A stretch of 64,000 bases of DNA from Marsupella aquatica (Eukaryota > Plantae > Marchantiophyta): NCBI GenBank assembly GCA_973895155.1, contig OZ316896.1, positions 14,005,542-14,069,541 of the forward strand, given 5' to 3'. Below are positions 36,711-49,795 of this stretch, piece after piece (the first letter of the stretch is position 1; each line of letters begins with the position of its first letter). The translations under genes were made by a program, and so were the position numbers. The notes beneath the pieces are model-generated. The model did not search any database and was not told the origin of the DNA. It saw only the letters and a list, made by a program, of their open reading frames with translations.

Positions 36711-37430
36711 AGGTTTGGCCAGTGTCACGTTACTACCTTTTGGCGCTAGTAATGTTTTTTTTTGTTTTTTTACAATTTTTGTGTAAGATTTCTCTTATAA
36801 ATTTCTCAAAATGGTGCCATTCTGATGGGTCCAAGTCAGTGTGACATTACTAGCTCCTGACACTAGTAATGATCATTTATTTTTAATGCCCAATTCGTTT
36901 AATTTTTTCTCATCTATACACTCAACATGATATTATTGCAAAGGGTCCAAGCAAGTGTGAGAGCTAGTAATGTTCATTCATTTTATAGCCTTTTTGGCTT
37001 AATTTTTCTAGACACTCAAAATAGAGTTATTTTGGAGTATTCAACTGGTGTGATATTACTAGCTCGCGGCGTTAGCAAAGTTTCTTCACTTTTGTTACCT
37101 TTTTGTCTATTTTTTTTATGTAACATGCTCAAAATATTGTCATTCTTGAGGGTCCAGGTGGGTGACATTACTAGCTCTTGACACTAATAATAGTTTATCA
37201 TAAATTTTTGTTACTCGTTGCTTACTATTTTTGTACACGTTTGCTCTGAATATAGTTATTTTGAAGTGTCTTGGTGATTTTGAATATTATCAACTCTAGG
37301 CACTAGTAATATTTTTAAACATTTTATATTAATTTTAGCTCAAGTTTATATGATTTTTTAAAAGTAATATTTTTTGTAGATGGGATCAAGCCAAGTAGGA
37401 TATAACCAGGTCCCAATGCTAATAATATTT
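36711..37430. repeat. Highly diverged tandem array, ~113-bp period, ~7 units with a palindromic core
   Basis: The core 'gggtccaag..agtgtgacattactagctc.tgacactagtaat' recurs at ~36715, 36827, 36942, 37040, 37150, 37270 and 37382, separated by T-rich stretches. Confidence 0.7.
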
Positions 37431-39792
37431 TTATCTTTTTTTAATATATTTTGCTTATTTTTTATGGGTTTATGTTTATTATTTCTTGTAATTCAGACTT
37501 TTGCCAAATTTTTCATAAAAATGATGGATGTCTCTACACATGAATGTATTATTTGATAATAGCATCAATCAATACATTAAAAAAATATGATTTATGATAA
37601 GGCATGGCCCTATGATACGTTTTACATAAGATTTTAGGACTATTGATATGAGGATTAGGTACTAAATTAGGGATTATATCATATTAAGATTTAATCTTTC
37701 TTGCATCTGAAACTATTATGAGATTTGTTTTCATATTTAATCCAATGAGTTTAATCTTCATGACATTTGAACACATTAAATTAGGCCAATTTATACAGTT
37801 GAGCATAGCATTACTATCATATTTTTGTTTTTTAATGCTATATATTTTGGGATCACAAGAGAGCTTTAAACTTTGAACTTAGAGTAGCCCAAAACTTTTC
37901 TCATTTTATTAAGCACCTCACATTCTTATGAGAATAATTTAGAAATAATTCTAATTTTTTTGTGAAGATAACAACAACACACATTTATAAAATCAACAAC
38001 TTAAAAAATATAATGATGTTTGTGGAGAGTATTCAAATTAATATTGTCCAAAAATCTCATGCAAAACAAAGATTGAAATTAGAATTGGTTTTATAATTTT
38101 ATCCCATTTGTCTGTCTATCTGTCACATGGATTCAGAAATTTTTGTTACTTATGTAAAATTATATCCATACATTGATATTTATGTTCAAGAAGTTATAAA
38201 AAAATGAACTAAATTTTCCTATATTGAACGTTTTGTTTCTTTAGGAATTAGATTTAAGAAATCCTTCCACATGACTATTTTTTTGGCCAAAATTGTGCCC
38301 CTCACGTAAGCACTATTTTAATCATCTTGATGACGACGTATACTTTAAGTCTCCTCCTTAGAATGCAAAGAGGATCAGATCTGGCCAAATGCAAGAACAA
38401 TACACTTGGTTTATAGAAGAAGTATATTACATTTTTATAGACGTTCAACAAATATAGAATTTTGTTGTATGTTAATTATAAATCTTGCCAATATGTAAAG
38501 ACTATGATGGTATTTTGGCTAGCTAGCCTAGGGAGGGGGTGTTAATGAAAACCCTTGCCAAAGTGCTAAATATCCACTGACAATTTGCAGTTTACATGTC
38601 TTCCAATAAATCCTGCACATTTTGTTTGCCTATCATGTGATGTAATTTGCTAATTATAACCCTTGCAACTAATATGAAGACATATCATTGTATTTTGGCT
38701 AGTGCTCTCGGGGGAATCTTTAGTTCTTGGGAAACACCGAGCTCTTGTTTTTCCTATCTTGGAAGAAACTTTTTCAAAATATGTCTTTTCTCACCTCACA
38801 TTACCCTTGCGATCCCCTTTGTCGATCAATTTCTCTCACCGTTATCCTCTAAAATATCTCTCACAGCCTTTGTCCCACTCTACGATGAGCGGCTTCCTCA
38901 CACTAAGCCTCGAATCGGCCTATCCTCTTTCCACATAACTTACTTCCCAAGTCAAGTCATAGATTGCAATTTCCAATGAATCCTACAATTAGATAAGTCA
39001 ATTATAGAAAACAAAGACTATGATCTTAAGATTTACCATAGATGATATAATCACAGGCTCTGGCATCCTAAGCATAACATTGTATCTTTCATCTCCATAC
39101 TTTCTAACTAAAACATCTCTACAATCAACCTTCTTACGACATACCACTCTAATGTCAATAGATGAAGGAAAATCAAACACATTATTAGGAAGCCTATTCA
39201 AATCTAACTCCGGTACATTTACGGATTGTCTATTAAAATCCATCTAATATAAAATAAAAATAGTTACATTCCATTCATTTCCATAAACAACAATCGGGTA
39301 TACAAATGGTGCATCGCTATTCATAACTGTTTTCATTAACTCAAATCCAAAATAATAAATAAGATGTATTCTCATGGTATGCTTGCTAAGACAATGAATT
39401 CTAATTAAGAAAGGATTGACAAATGGCACAACAGGTGGGGGATAAACTCTAGGTACTCCATTTATCATATTATTCATTATAAGCACACTAAATTGATCTC
39501 AAGACTAATAAACATAAAACATAAAATAATTCTAAGGCTAACAATCAAGTTAGTACCCAAACATGGAGGTAAATAATAAACAAGACATGTGCACAAGAGG
39601 GGAAGAGTTCCTTACAATGTTGCGAGTCCAACACGATAGATCAAACAATGCGAATGAAGAGAGTGTGCTCCTCTTCACTTTATTTATAGTGCCCCTTTGT
39701 GTTTTCCAAGAGGGCATGGATCGATGCCTTGACCCTTGGATGGAAGCCAAGTGGCAAGCATCAAGCACCTATAAGTGTGCTAGTACTATTCA

Positions 39793-40060
39793 TAGTTGGT
39801 GGAACTACTGTACGTAGTTGGTGGAATTATTACGCGTAATTGGTGGAACTACTATGCGTAATTGGTGCAACTACTATGCGTAGTTGGTGAAACTACTATG
39901 CGTAATTAGTATAACTACTATGCGTAGTTGGTGAAACTATTATGCGTAATTGGTGAAACTACTATGCGTAATTGGTGCAACTACTATGCATAGTTGATGG
40001 AATTACTATGCATCTAGTTTGTAAAACTACTACGCATAAATGGTGGAACTACTGTGTACC
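39793..40060. repeat. Minisatellite, 22-bp unit (tagttggtggaactactatgcg), ~12 copies
   Basis: Directly visible head-to-tail tandem units. Confidence 0.92.
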
Positions 40061-41074
40061 ATTGTAGAATGTACATAGTACATATAGAATATAACATATA
40101 TGCTCTAATAGTACTACTATGAAGCTTTTAAGTAAAACCCTCTTCACATAAACTCAAATAACACAATATGGATTCTAGCCTTCTAAAAGAAATCCCCACG
40201 ACAGCGCCTGACTCTAGTAAACTAGTCCCATTACAACAAAGTAGGATTTTTTGAAGACAAAATGCGGTGGATCGTAAATATCATAGAAACTATATTTTTT
40301 GGCTCTTGAAAATAAATTTTGTTGTTGTTGTGAGCACAAAAACTCATGTTTTCTCTCTTGTTATGATTTTTTCTATTTTCTGTTTTGGGTCACAGAGGTC
40401 AGGCCCCTTTTATGTCGCCTACTTTTTTATGTCCATATCCATGTCTGGAGGTGAGATATATTGATCAGTGATCCCCTCTCCTCTGCTACTAATGTCTATT
40501 TCCTTACTTATCTCTAAGAGGCTTAATCCTTTCTCTAGAAGAAGATACAAACATGACAATATTTTTTGCAGATTCTTGTACTTGTCCAAAAGACACTTGC
40601 TATTTGTGATTATATTAGATATTTCCATGGGACCAGAAAAGTGAACAGAAGAGTTTTGGGGCTTTGCTGAAAAATTTTCTTACTTCTTGCTCAATAAGCC
40701 TTAATATAGTTGTGCTGGCTTCATACATGGGATGCCTTCCTAATAGATAAAAAGTAGAGAATGCAGTTTGTGTGATTTTCCTTCCAAAAAACCATTATGT
40801 AACTTTTCTGGCTAATATTTTAATATAATTTATGCCCCAGATCATCACGTCATTCTCCTTTTTGACATCTTGGTACTCATTCTCAAGTTTTTCTCAAGTT
40901 CTTTCTTAAACTTCCTGGCCTGTCTTTTGTGCTCGTTAAGGTCTTTCTCCAGCCTCTTTATTGCATCTATAATACGAGCCCTGCATTAATAAGAACAGGC
41001 AAAAAACTTGGGCTAACAGGCAAAAGAGGACGATCGCAGCCCTAAATAACACCCTAAATAACACAACGACTGTC

Positions 41075-42032
41075 AATGAAAAATTCCTCGCTAAGGTTCC
41101 TTGTATCTGCCGTGCTTGACATCCGATGCGATGGAGAATTCCTTGCTAAGGTTTTTCATTTCTGCTATGCTCAATATCTAATGCTATGGAAAAATCCTGG
41201 CTAAGGTTCCTTGTGATCAGAGCCCTAAGGAAACATAACAATGGTTGATGGAGAATTTCTTGCTAAACATTGTCGTCTTTGCAGTGCTCAACATCTGATG
41301 CGATGAAAACATTCTTGCTAAGGTTCCTCGTGATCGCAGCCCTGAGGAAACACAACGATCCTTGATGGTTAATTCCTTGCTAAGGTTCCTCGTCTCTGTT
41401 GTGCTCAACATGTGATGCAATGGAGAATTCCTTGCTAAGGTTCTTGTGACCACAACCCTAAGAAAACACAACGATCCTCCATGGAGAGTTCCTCGCTAAG
41501 TTTTCTCGTCTCTACTATGATCAACATCCAATGCGATGGAGAATTCCTCACTAAGGTTCCATGTCTGTGCCATGCTTGACATCCAATGCAATGGAGAATT
41601 CCTCGCTAAGGTTCCTCGTCTTTGTTGTGCTCGACATCAGATGTAATGAAGAATTCCTTGCTAATTAAGGTTCCTCGTCTATGTTGTGCTCAATATCTGA
41701 TGTGATGGACAATTCCTCGCTAAGTTTTCTTGTCTATGCCGTGTTTGACATATGATACGATAAAGAATTTCTTGCTAAGGTTCCTCATCTATGCCGTGCT
41801 TGACATCCAATGCGATGAAGAATTCATTGCTAAGGTTCCTTGTCTCTACTGTGCCTGACATATGATGCGATGGAAAATTCATTGCTAAGGTTCCTTGTGT
41901 CTGCTGTGCTCAACATCCAATGCAATGGAAATCCCTCGCTAAGGTTCCTTGTCTATGCCGTTCTCGACATCCGATGCAATGGAGAATTGCTCGCTAAGGT
42001 TCCTCATCTCTGCCGTGCTTGACATCTGATAC
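41075..42032. repeat. Minisatellite, ~55-bp unit (ggagaattcctcgctaaggttcctcgtctctgccgtgcttgacatccaatgcgat), ~17 copies with two unit variants
   Basis: The anchor 'gctaaggttcct' recurs every ~55 bp. A second variant, 'tgatcgcagccctgaggaaacacaacgat', is interspersed in the left part. Confidence 0.92.
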
Positions 42033-43189
42033 AATGCTTAAGTTGACCTTCGAGGGAGGAGATTTTATCTTATAGAATGGACGGCTAACATTCAATTGTT
42101 GGATTGTGAGAGGATTGTGAAAATCATAGGGACTGAGATTGGCTGGATCTCACGGTACTAGCGTGATGCTCTCCCCATCAGTCACTAACAATGAATCCGC
42201 ATCACCAAATGTTCTACTCTTTTCAGCATTTTCAACAAGTCTTGGAATAAAATCATATGTTACTAAATCTATTAGTAAACCGTCACCATTTAGCCAAAGA
42301 AATAATGTTCAAGATTTGCCTGAATATAAGTTTGAATTATAGTCCTCACTCAATCAACTAAAATGAAAAGTCCTCGCGCAATACCATTGTCTGGCTTTCC
42401 CAACTATTTGACTCAATTTAATTGCACTTGACCAAACATCACTCCATCTTCATTGTCTATGGCCTTGTCATGCACCTAGGGATGGACAAAGAGTTGTGAG
42501 AGGACAAATTCTGCTGTTTCTTCGGTGCTACTATATTTCTTGCCTTCATGACAGCAACGTTTACCAGGACAGCTGTCACTTTTTGCACTCACCTCCTGTG
42601 CAAGATTATCATTCAGTTTGATCTTCATGAAGGAAACATAGCTTCAGATTTTTTGCGTGATGCAAGATCAAAATGAAGTTCAGAGTGAGACATGGAACTG
42701 GCAATAAATTTAATGGAAACACATTTTTTGGCTAGCCAAATATGTTTATTTTCCTTGCTTATGATTATTGGCGCTCAGGAAGTCCTCTTTTTGAATGCAA
42801 AATTGAACACACCAAACATCTCGGCTTCTACGTTGAATGTTTGCTTGGATGCCTTGCCAATCTCCAATTCCTCAGTCCCCACCATTCTCATGTAGAGCGG
42901 ACCGAGTCTCTCTTTTGACTAGGCTGAGGAAAGGCTTGACATGTGCATGACTAACTTTTTGTCCACACTACTGCTTGGGTGGGCTCGGACCCTAAACTCT
43001 ATACCTTGGCCTATTGAACTGCTAAGTATATTCAATGTGGATTTTGTTTTGTAGACAATTTTGTCAGTTTTTGACTATAAAACTCATCCCCTGGATTCGG
43101 ACATGGGCAACAAGTACTCCTAGTCTCTACAGTATGTAACTTGTTAGGAGGACCCGGGCCCACTTCCATCTGATCAGCGGTACAAGCAC

Positions 43190-43670
43190 ACCTAGTTTTC
43201 TGGACTTTTTGGGAGAAAACTTTTTGGTATTGAGGGGAGGCCTTTTCCCCTGTTTGTATCCTCACGGCCTTCTTTCGACAAAGGGTTTCTGTGGCACTTC
43301 AGAGGGCCCAGGCTTTCACTATTCTTCGTAGGGCCGAGGGAATTGACTTTAGGGCCTCTAGGCAGATTCCCCTCTGGGACCCCTTATGCGGTTTACTCCA
43401 GAACTCTACTAGGCTTTTCAGTTTACTGTCCAGTAGGGTTGTTTGTTTGTTGTTTTCTCCTTCGTCTTTTGGTTCTATTTGCTAGGTTACTCCTTGACTT
43501 CTTGGGCCTCTTTGGTCTTCTTGGGGTCATTTGTTTACCTCTTTTATTGGGTTTTTTTGCCTTTGGGACCATGTCTCTCGGTTTGCCTTTGGGACCATGT
43601 CTCCCGGTTTGCCTTTGGGACCATGTCTCCCCGTTTGGCTCTCCTGTCTTGGCAGTGTTATATATAGAAG
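43190..43670 (+). mobile_element. 5'-truncated 3' end of the CRE-like non-LTR element
   Basis: Translates 'RQRVSVALQRAQAFTILRRAEG', a typical CRE-clade C-terminus. It is followed by a T-rich 3' UTR with three 'gcctttgggaccatgtctc' repeats and TATATA. Confidence 0.72.
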
Positions 43671-44399
43671 AATGGTTGGAGAGATATTTGAGTCATATAT
43701 TATTGGGACCGGAAACTGGTATATGATTTCGGCCAGCATTGGTTTAATTACTTTGTGTGCAGTCAGGAGACCAAGAAGGTTGGTAAAACAAATTCTGTGT
43801 CTGCATTCGTAATGTGCTCTAATTGGGGGATGACTTGGCTACCGTAGAGGTTTCTGAACAATTGTTTTGAGCTATATCACCGTCCATCAATTTATGAAGC
43901 AACTATCAAGCATGCACGAGCTGTTCTTTTGATGGGCCAACAACTATACGTCCGAATCCCTCAAAGTTGTCTCCTTGTCCTTCGAAACTGCAATGGAAAG
44001 GCCAACACAATATTTTTGAAGTTTGGGTGGCCTTCTCTACAAAGGTTTCGATCATCGAAACGGAAGCGAAATCAATCAAGAAACTTCTTTGGGTGGAAAA
44101 AGAAGGGAAGCATCCCTGATCTTTTCATTTAGTCTTCTCAACCTTTTTATGTTCGATGTAGGCGAAGAGGATGCACAAAATTTGTTGAAGATGTTTTCAG
44201 AAATGTTTTGAATGGAAATTTTGGACATGGACAGGCAGGAACAACGCCGACTCAATGGAAAATTTGGATTTGGACCGCTTTAGGCAACACTCCATAGCCA
44301 GAGTTCCTCCTTCGTCTTCCGGTTTGATTAGGCAGTAGTATGGGCATCAGCCCAGTCAAAGGATGCAGCGATCTGGGTTGCAGTAGGTTTTCATTTGAG

Positions 44400-44568
44400 C
44401 TCAGGTGATGGCTATGGCAGCAGCTTTCCGAGCTCACAAACCCTCACAAACCCTCACAAACGCACATGAACGGACACGGAGGCACTCAGTTGGTGATGGC
44501 TATGGCAGCAGCTTTCCGAGCTCACAAACCCTCACAAACGCACATGAACGCACACGGAGGCACTCAGG
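44400..44568. repeat. ~85-bp tandem duplication
   Basis: 'ggtgatggctatggcagcagctttccgagctcacaaaccctcacaaa...cgcacatgaacg.acacggaggcactcag' occurs twice. Confidence 0.9.
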
Positions 44569-45803
44569 TACACGCAGATACTGACAAACAGGCGCGTGAG
44601 GCTCTGGCTTGGGCTAGCGGGCTCTGGCCGGGACTCTGCAGCCGAGCCTTCGCCGGGCGTCCTACGGAGACAATGAACTGTCCTAGCTTTGGCTTTTCTG
44701 GCTTTTATGTGGCTAGTGGCGGTATAAAGAGGGAAGAAGGCACACAACACAACTTGTATGAAATTCACAGATTGTAAGCCAGATCTAAGGCCTCTACTTT
44801 GTTCACAGAAGATTGAGACATTCACTTCAGATATCTCATGAATTGTATACATATACAAATATACTTCCCCAGGGCACGGGAGAAGTCCCCACCTTCGCTA
44901 CAGTCCTTCGTAGATAACTAGCAAAAATGATGATTTTTTACGGCACCTGGGAGAAGTCGCCACCTTAGCTGCTTAATAGGATTATTCAAAGAAATGGCTG
45001 AAGGGAAAGCGGGAGTCCCAATGATGGTAGTATGCCAAGTGAACATGGTAGCACTTCAAGGGGAATATAAAGCGAGTCAAGAGAGGACAATCGGATGGAA
45101 GTCGGTAGTAATTACAGGTGCACACAAGACCTTACAATCAAGAGCGTGCTTACATTAGCAGACCCGACTGTTCGTGTTTTCAGGTGCAAGGGTGCGCATG
45201 AGATTGGGCAGGGTCTGAAACAGTTCAGCTTATCATTGCAGAACACTTCATCTGGTTACATTGTTACAGACGCTAAAGTGGATGCATTCATTCTTCACAA
45301 GTCCAATCTGTGGAGCCTCATGGAGAGTTCGTTTTTTCCATTCACACTTCGTTATCGAGCATAATTAGCCAGTCATGCTCGGTTCCATCTAGCAGCGACC
45401 ACCATGTGCGTGCACGAAATTACATATACCAAACACAAAGGTGGGTCGCGAACGCCTGAACTAACCAATTGCTCAGCCCCGCTATCAAACGAACACCTTC
45501 CTACTTCATAATTGAACCCTAGAAATCTGTGCCTCCTCCACATCATTCTCACACTCGTAAATCCGTCATAGGTCACTTACGGCATCCCGTTCCAATCATG
45601 TTCTAGTTGCGTTTTTATTGTTAGGTGAAAGGTCTTTCTGAGATAACTCAGAATGACCACAAAATTGTGTACAAAAGTTCCGCCAACTTTGGGCTGCTTT
45701 AAGTTAACAAACACTAACCCAGCTCGAGCTAAAACCCCTCCCTCCTAAAGAAGCAAAACAACCACACTATCCTTACTTCCATCCATCTCAATCAATGAAT
45801 CAA

Positions 45804-46661
45804 TCAAAGAGCTATGGCAGAAAAGTACTCCTTGCTGAGTTTCGAGTCGGGCTTCATTGTCTTTTCACCTGGCTTCCATCCTGCCGGGCAAACCTCGTCT
45901 GGGTTGTCCTGCACGTACTGGATAGCCTGCAAAGTGCGCAGAGTTTCCTCCACACTACGGCCGATGGCCAAGTTGTTGACGGTGGCGTGCTGGATCACGC
46001 CCTCCTTGTCAATGATGAACAAACCACGGAGCGCAATGCCTTGAGATGGAATCAGAACGTTGTAAGACTTCGAAATCGACTTCGTAATATCCGCGACGAG
46101 AGGGTAATTCAGGTCCCCGAGGCCTCCCGACTTCCTGTCCGTTTGAATCCACGCCAGATGCGAAAACTCACTGTCCGTCGAGACGGCAATTACTTCCGTG
46201 TTCAGACCCTCGAATTCCGAATACTTGTCACTGAAAGCAGTGATCTCCGTGGGGCACACGAAGGTGAAATCCAAGGGGTAGAAGAACAGCACGACATACT
46301 TCTTTCCGATGTACTCTGAGAGCTTGATCTTCACAAACTCCTGATCAAAGACGGACATGGCTTCGAAATCCGGCGCCACATTCCCGACCAACGGAAGCTC
46401 GTTTGCGCTCGCAGACACTACGAATCCTCTCCTGCCAGCTCCGCAGTGAACGGAGGACGAGACGGCCTTCTTCGTCCTGGCAAAACTCACAGAGCCGGAG
46501 GCTAATCGGGCCTGGAAGGATTTGCCGAGGCCATCGTAGCTTCTAGGAAGAGCGACGGAAGCCTGCCGTGTGGTGGGCGACGAAGATGCAGACGGGATCA
46601 TAGACAATGCAGCTGCAGAGGCCACACTCCCAGAGACAGTCGTCATAGCTGCAGAAGCCAT
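45804..46661 (-). CDS. BAS1: Chloroplast 2-Cys peroxiredoxin (BAS1), single exon, 285 aa
   Basis: Ser/Ala-rich transit peptide; peroxidatic '[15 protein letters not shown]'; 'GGLG'; resolving '[17 protein letters not shown]'; C-terminal YF motif. Confidence 0.97.
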   Translation of the reverse strand: MASAAMTTVSGSVASAAALSMIPSASSSPTTRQASVALPRSYDGLGKSFQARLASGSVSFARTKKAVSSSVHCGAGRRGFVVSASANELPLVGNVAPDFEAMSVFDQEFVKIKLSEYIGKKYVVLFFYPLDFTFVCPTEITAFSDKYSEFEGLNTEVIAVSTDSEFSHLAWIQTDRKSGGLGDLNYPLVADITKSISKSYNVLIPSQGIALRGLFIIDKEGVIQHATVNNLAIGRSVEETLRTLQAIQYVQDNPDEVCPAGWKPGEKTMKPDSKLSKEYFSAIAL

Positions 46662-47079
46662 CGCTTCCTCTATCCAGCTCTCCTCCCTCCCTCTCTCTCT
46701 CCCTTTCCTATCCTATTTCTCTGCCGGCGACAATGATCCGCGAAACAAAGGATCGAGCTCGAGAGTACAAGGCTGTTTTCTGTGTGAGCAGATTCTTCGG
46801 TAAATGGTTGGACAAGTAACGAGGACGGAGAAACGAAAGTACTCGAGCGAGAGGATGGGTGATGACTGGTGAGTGGATGTGGCGCTGGATGGATAAACGA
46901 CGAAGAAGAGCAGCCTCACAACCCTAAAGCTACGCTGCCCCTTCCTCCCCCTCCTTCCCCCCCCCCCCCCCTCATTTTGGGAAAGGAGTGTGAGGGGCTA
47001 TGTCGCCTCTTACCTGGGACATATTTTCTGTCGGATAATTTCTGAGTATGCATTTGACCCATCTGGTTTTCCTAGATTC

Positions 47080-47950
47080 CAGGAAAAGCATCAGATCCAA
47101 TGACTGGGCTCTTGGTTAGATAAGGATTTTGGGAATACGAGATTTTCTGATATGTATGGAAACCAGGAGATCCAACTACTACTAACCTCCTAGTTAGATA
47201 AAGGATTTGGCAAATCTGGGATTTCTTACATTGCCTCTCTTTTTTGGCATAATCTATACCTTGCAACTCATTTTTATTTATTCATCATAATGTCCCTATT
47301 TTTTGTGTGTGTTAAGAAAATTAACCCAGGTTAACTCCTTCACATAGGTTATCATTGCACCAAGTTTTGGGATGGGACTGTTTGGGTCTTCCTCAAGGTG
47401 ACTATGACCACCCTCAACAGGACACAGGCAAAGACTGTGCACAGAGACAAGGTTGAGCCTGGCAGAGACTGTACCTAGGATGGGAGGATGGGACCAACCG
47501 ACCCACCCCTTGGTCAACTGACCCAAGGGTGGTCAGACTCACCTTAAGGGAGACCTGACCATCCAATTGCAAAACTAGGTGCAACGATAGCCATTGGATG
47601 TGAAAGAGTTAGCTTGGGCTCATTTTCTTAACCCCCCAAAAACACAGTGGCATTGTGATATAAAGAAAAAAAAATCACTGGCAAGGTACTAATTATGGGG
47701 GAAAAGAGTGACAACCTAGGAAATGACAGTTTGGCAAATAGAAGGGGAAAATTGCTGATATACATGGAAACCATTAGATCCAACTACTGACCTCTTAGTT
47801 ATATAAGGATTTGGTTGTCAAATAGAAGGGAAAACTTATGATATGCATGAAAACTCTGAGATGGAACCACTGACCTCTCAGTTAGATAAGGATTTGGTGA
47901 ATAGAAAGAAAATTTTCTTATATGCATGAAAACCTATAGATAAACACAAA
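47080..47950. mobile_element. Foldback/MITE-like inverted repeat (~47295-47645) within a ~75-bp tandem repeat
   Basis: 'gttaagaaaattaacccaggttaactccttcacat' pairs with 'tgtgaaagagttagcttgggctcattttcttaac', and 'ttgcaccaagtttt' pairs with 'aaaactaggtgcaa'. Direct units 'gatccaactact..acctc.tagtta.ataaggatttgg' flank both sides. Confidence 0.55.
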
Positions 47951-49795
47951 TTTACCAAAGTCACATTCTTTTGATCAGATATTGGCATAGATTGACAGAA
48001 ACAGGACTTCCATAACAGCCTTACGACAACCTGCTATTTCCCAATGTGCAGTTGGATGGAAGGTTCAAACACTAGCATGGGTGACCAAGAAACTCAATCA
48101 GCCTAATATAGCTCTCTACTGGAGCACTGGCATTTCTGGCTTTCAGAACTCACTTAGGATCTAGGAAAATTTGACTGACCTGCTTTCTCTAGGGGTATTG
48201 ATTGTGACTTTGCATGTGGGTAGAGGGGCCTCAAGTATCCATGAGCTTTCATAAACCTTTGTAAATCAAAAGTCAAATTGGCTTTTCATCTACAACTCAC
48301 AAGAAATAATTTAGTGACCTGCTCACTCTGGATGCAGATTTGTTGGTGCCTAAACCTTTTAAAGGGTTGTTGTGATTTGTCCATTGAACAATATGTTCAA
48401 GTTGTTATAAGCCATAATTTATTTTTAGAAGGAGACCCTAAGAATGTTATAAGATTTGATCTACCAGTTTGCAGATAAGGGATAAAAGATATACAAACCT
48501 TTATTAAGTGGGTCCTGAGTCCTAATTCATAATAGCCAAGTTTTAGATTACCTTGTCCAGTTCAGTAGTATTGACGTTTGCAAGGTCTTCTCACAAGTTG
48601 GGGTCAAATTAGCCTACCAGTACACTTTCCTGGTAAGAACCACTTTCTAATGAAGTGGAAATCTAGCATTACACGTCTGTCTATATACTCCTACTCGCCT
48701 CCTCAGAGTCCAGTGGAGACATTTGTAAACCAGGCCCATGCCCAAAAGGCTTGTAGTCACAATAAGAGGATGCACACTACGGTTTATAAACCAGGCCAGT
48801 GCCCAAAGGCTTGGGGTCATAATAAAGGGTGCCATTCCTGTTCTATCAGTAAGATGTACAATACTTTCCAGAGATATGATGTAAAAGACTTCTCAGAGTA
48901 GGGTCCGAGGACCTTCCAGTGATGTGCTTCTTCCCCACAAGAATGTCTGGTTAAGCAGCGTGCAAAAAAGCGGTCTGGCTATGTCTCCTTGTCCAATCTA
49001 CTACTTTTCCAATCGAACAGAAGAATGACTGGACGTAAATATCTGGCGCACTGGTTTCTTTTTGCTTCAGAGACTTCTGCTAAACTCAGCAGTGGCACTG
49101 CAGAAGTCCAATCCAGACCTCCGCCCAGGATCTCCTCGAGCTTTGGGGGACATTGCCTCTCTCATGATCAAATCAATGGTTTCCCTTTCCTTGACTATGG
49201 CAGACTCCGACCGTGGTCAATACCCACGACTCTACTTCAGGACCATCTTGTACAACACGGGGAAATGGTTTCCTCCTAAAAGAAGTGCTTAAATCTTAGG
49301 ACACAAAACACCTCTATAATCCATCTCAAAGCTTTCCAATGGTAGACATTGAGGAGCATGTGCCAATGATGAGTCTTGCAATAGAGATGGAAAGTACGCT
49401 GAAAGAGCTTCCTTCGAACACAATTAAGAGGACATAATCTAGGTATTTCGTTGATATGACGCGGAAGGACTTGAGGTTCTGAAAATCTTCCTATAATCGT
49501 GGCATTGGAGAACCTTAACAACCTCAAACTGCGGGGGTGAAATAATTTGTTTGTAGCGAGACCCTTCTGGAACTGTGAGCTCTAACCGATCAGAATCCAC
49601 AACCAAGAAACTAACAAACTCCTCTGCTTTGCAATCACGCCTATCACTTATCATTTTCAGATATTAGATTCTAAAAACCACGGTGCAGTACCAGAAATTG
49701 CCAAGTCCAAATGCACGCGTGCACGAAATTTTCTTCTGTAAACTCAGGCAAGGGATACTATTATGGTGCACTACATAATTTGACAGATCATTGTC

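Noticed and set aside
36711-37430. CRISPR-like repeat-spacer appearance
   Set aside because: The repeats are too degenerate, the spacers resemble one another, there are no cas genes, and the context is plant nuclear DNA.
39793-42032. 22-bp and 55-bp arrays as CRISPR arrays or coding repeats
   Set aside because: They are head-to-tail minisatellites with no unique spacers, and their ORFs are short and stop-ridden.
45795-46319. 174-aa plus-strand ORF
   Set aside because: It is the antisense shadow of the peroxiredoxin CDS and shows no independent signal.
48850-49700. Short ORFs downstream of the DUF212 stop codon
   Set aside because: There is no consistent frame or recognisable motif. This is more likely 3' UTR or intergenic DNA.
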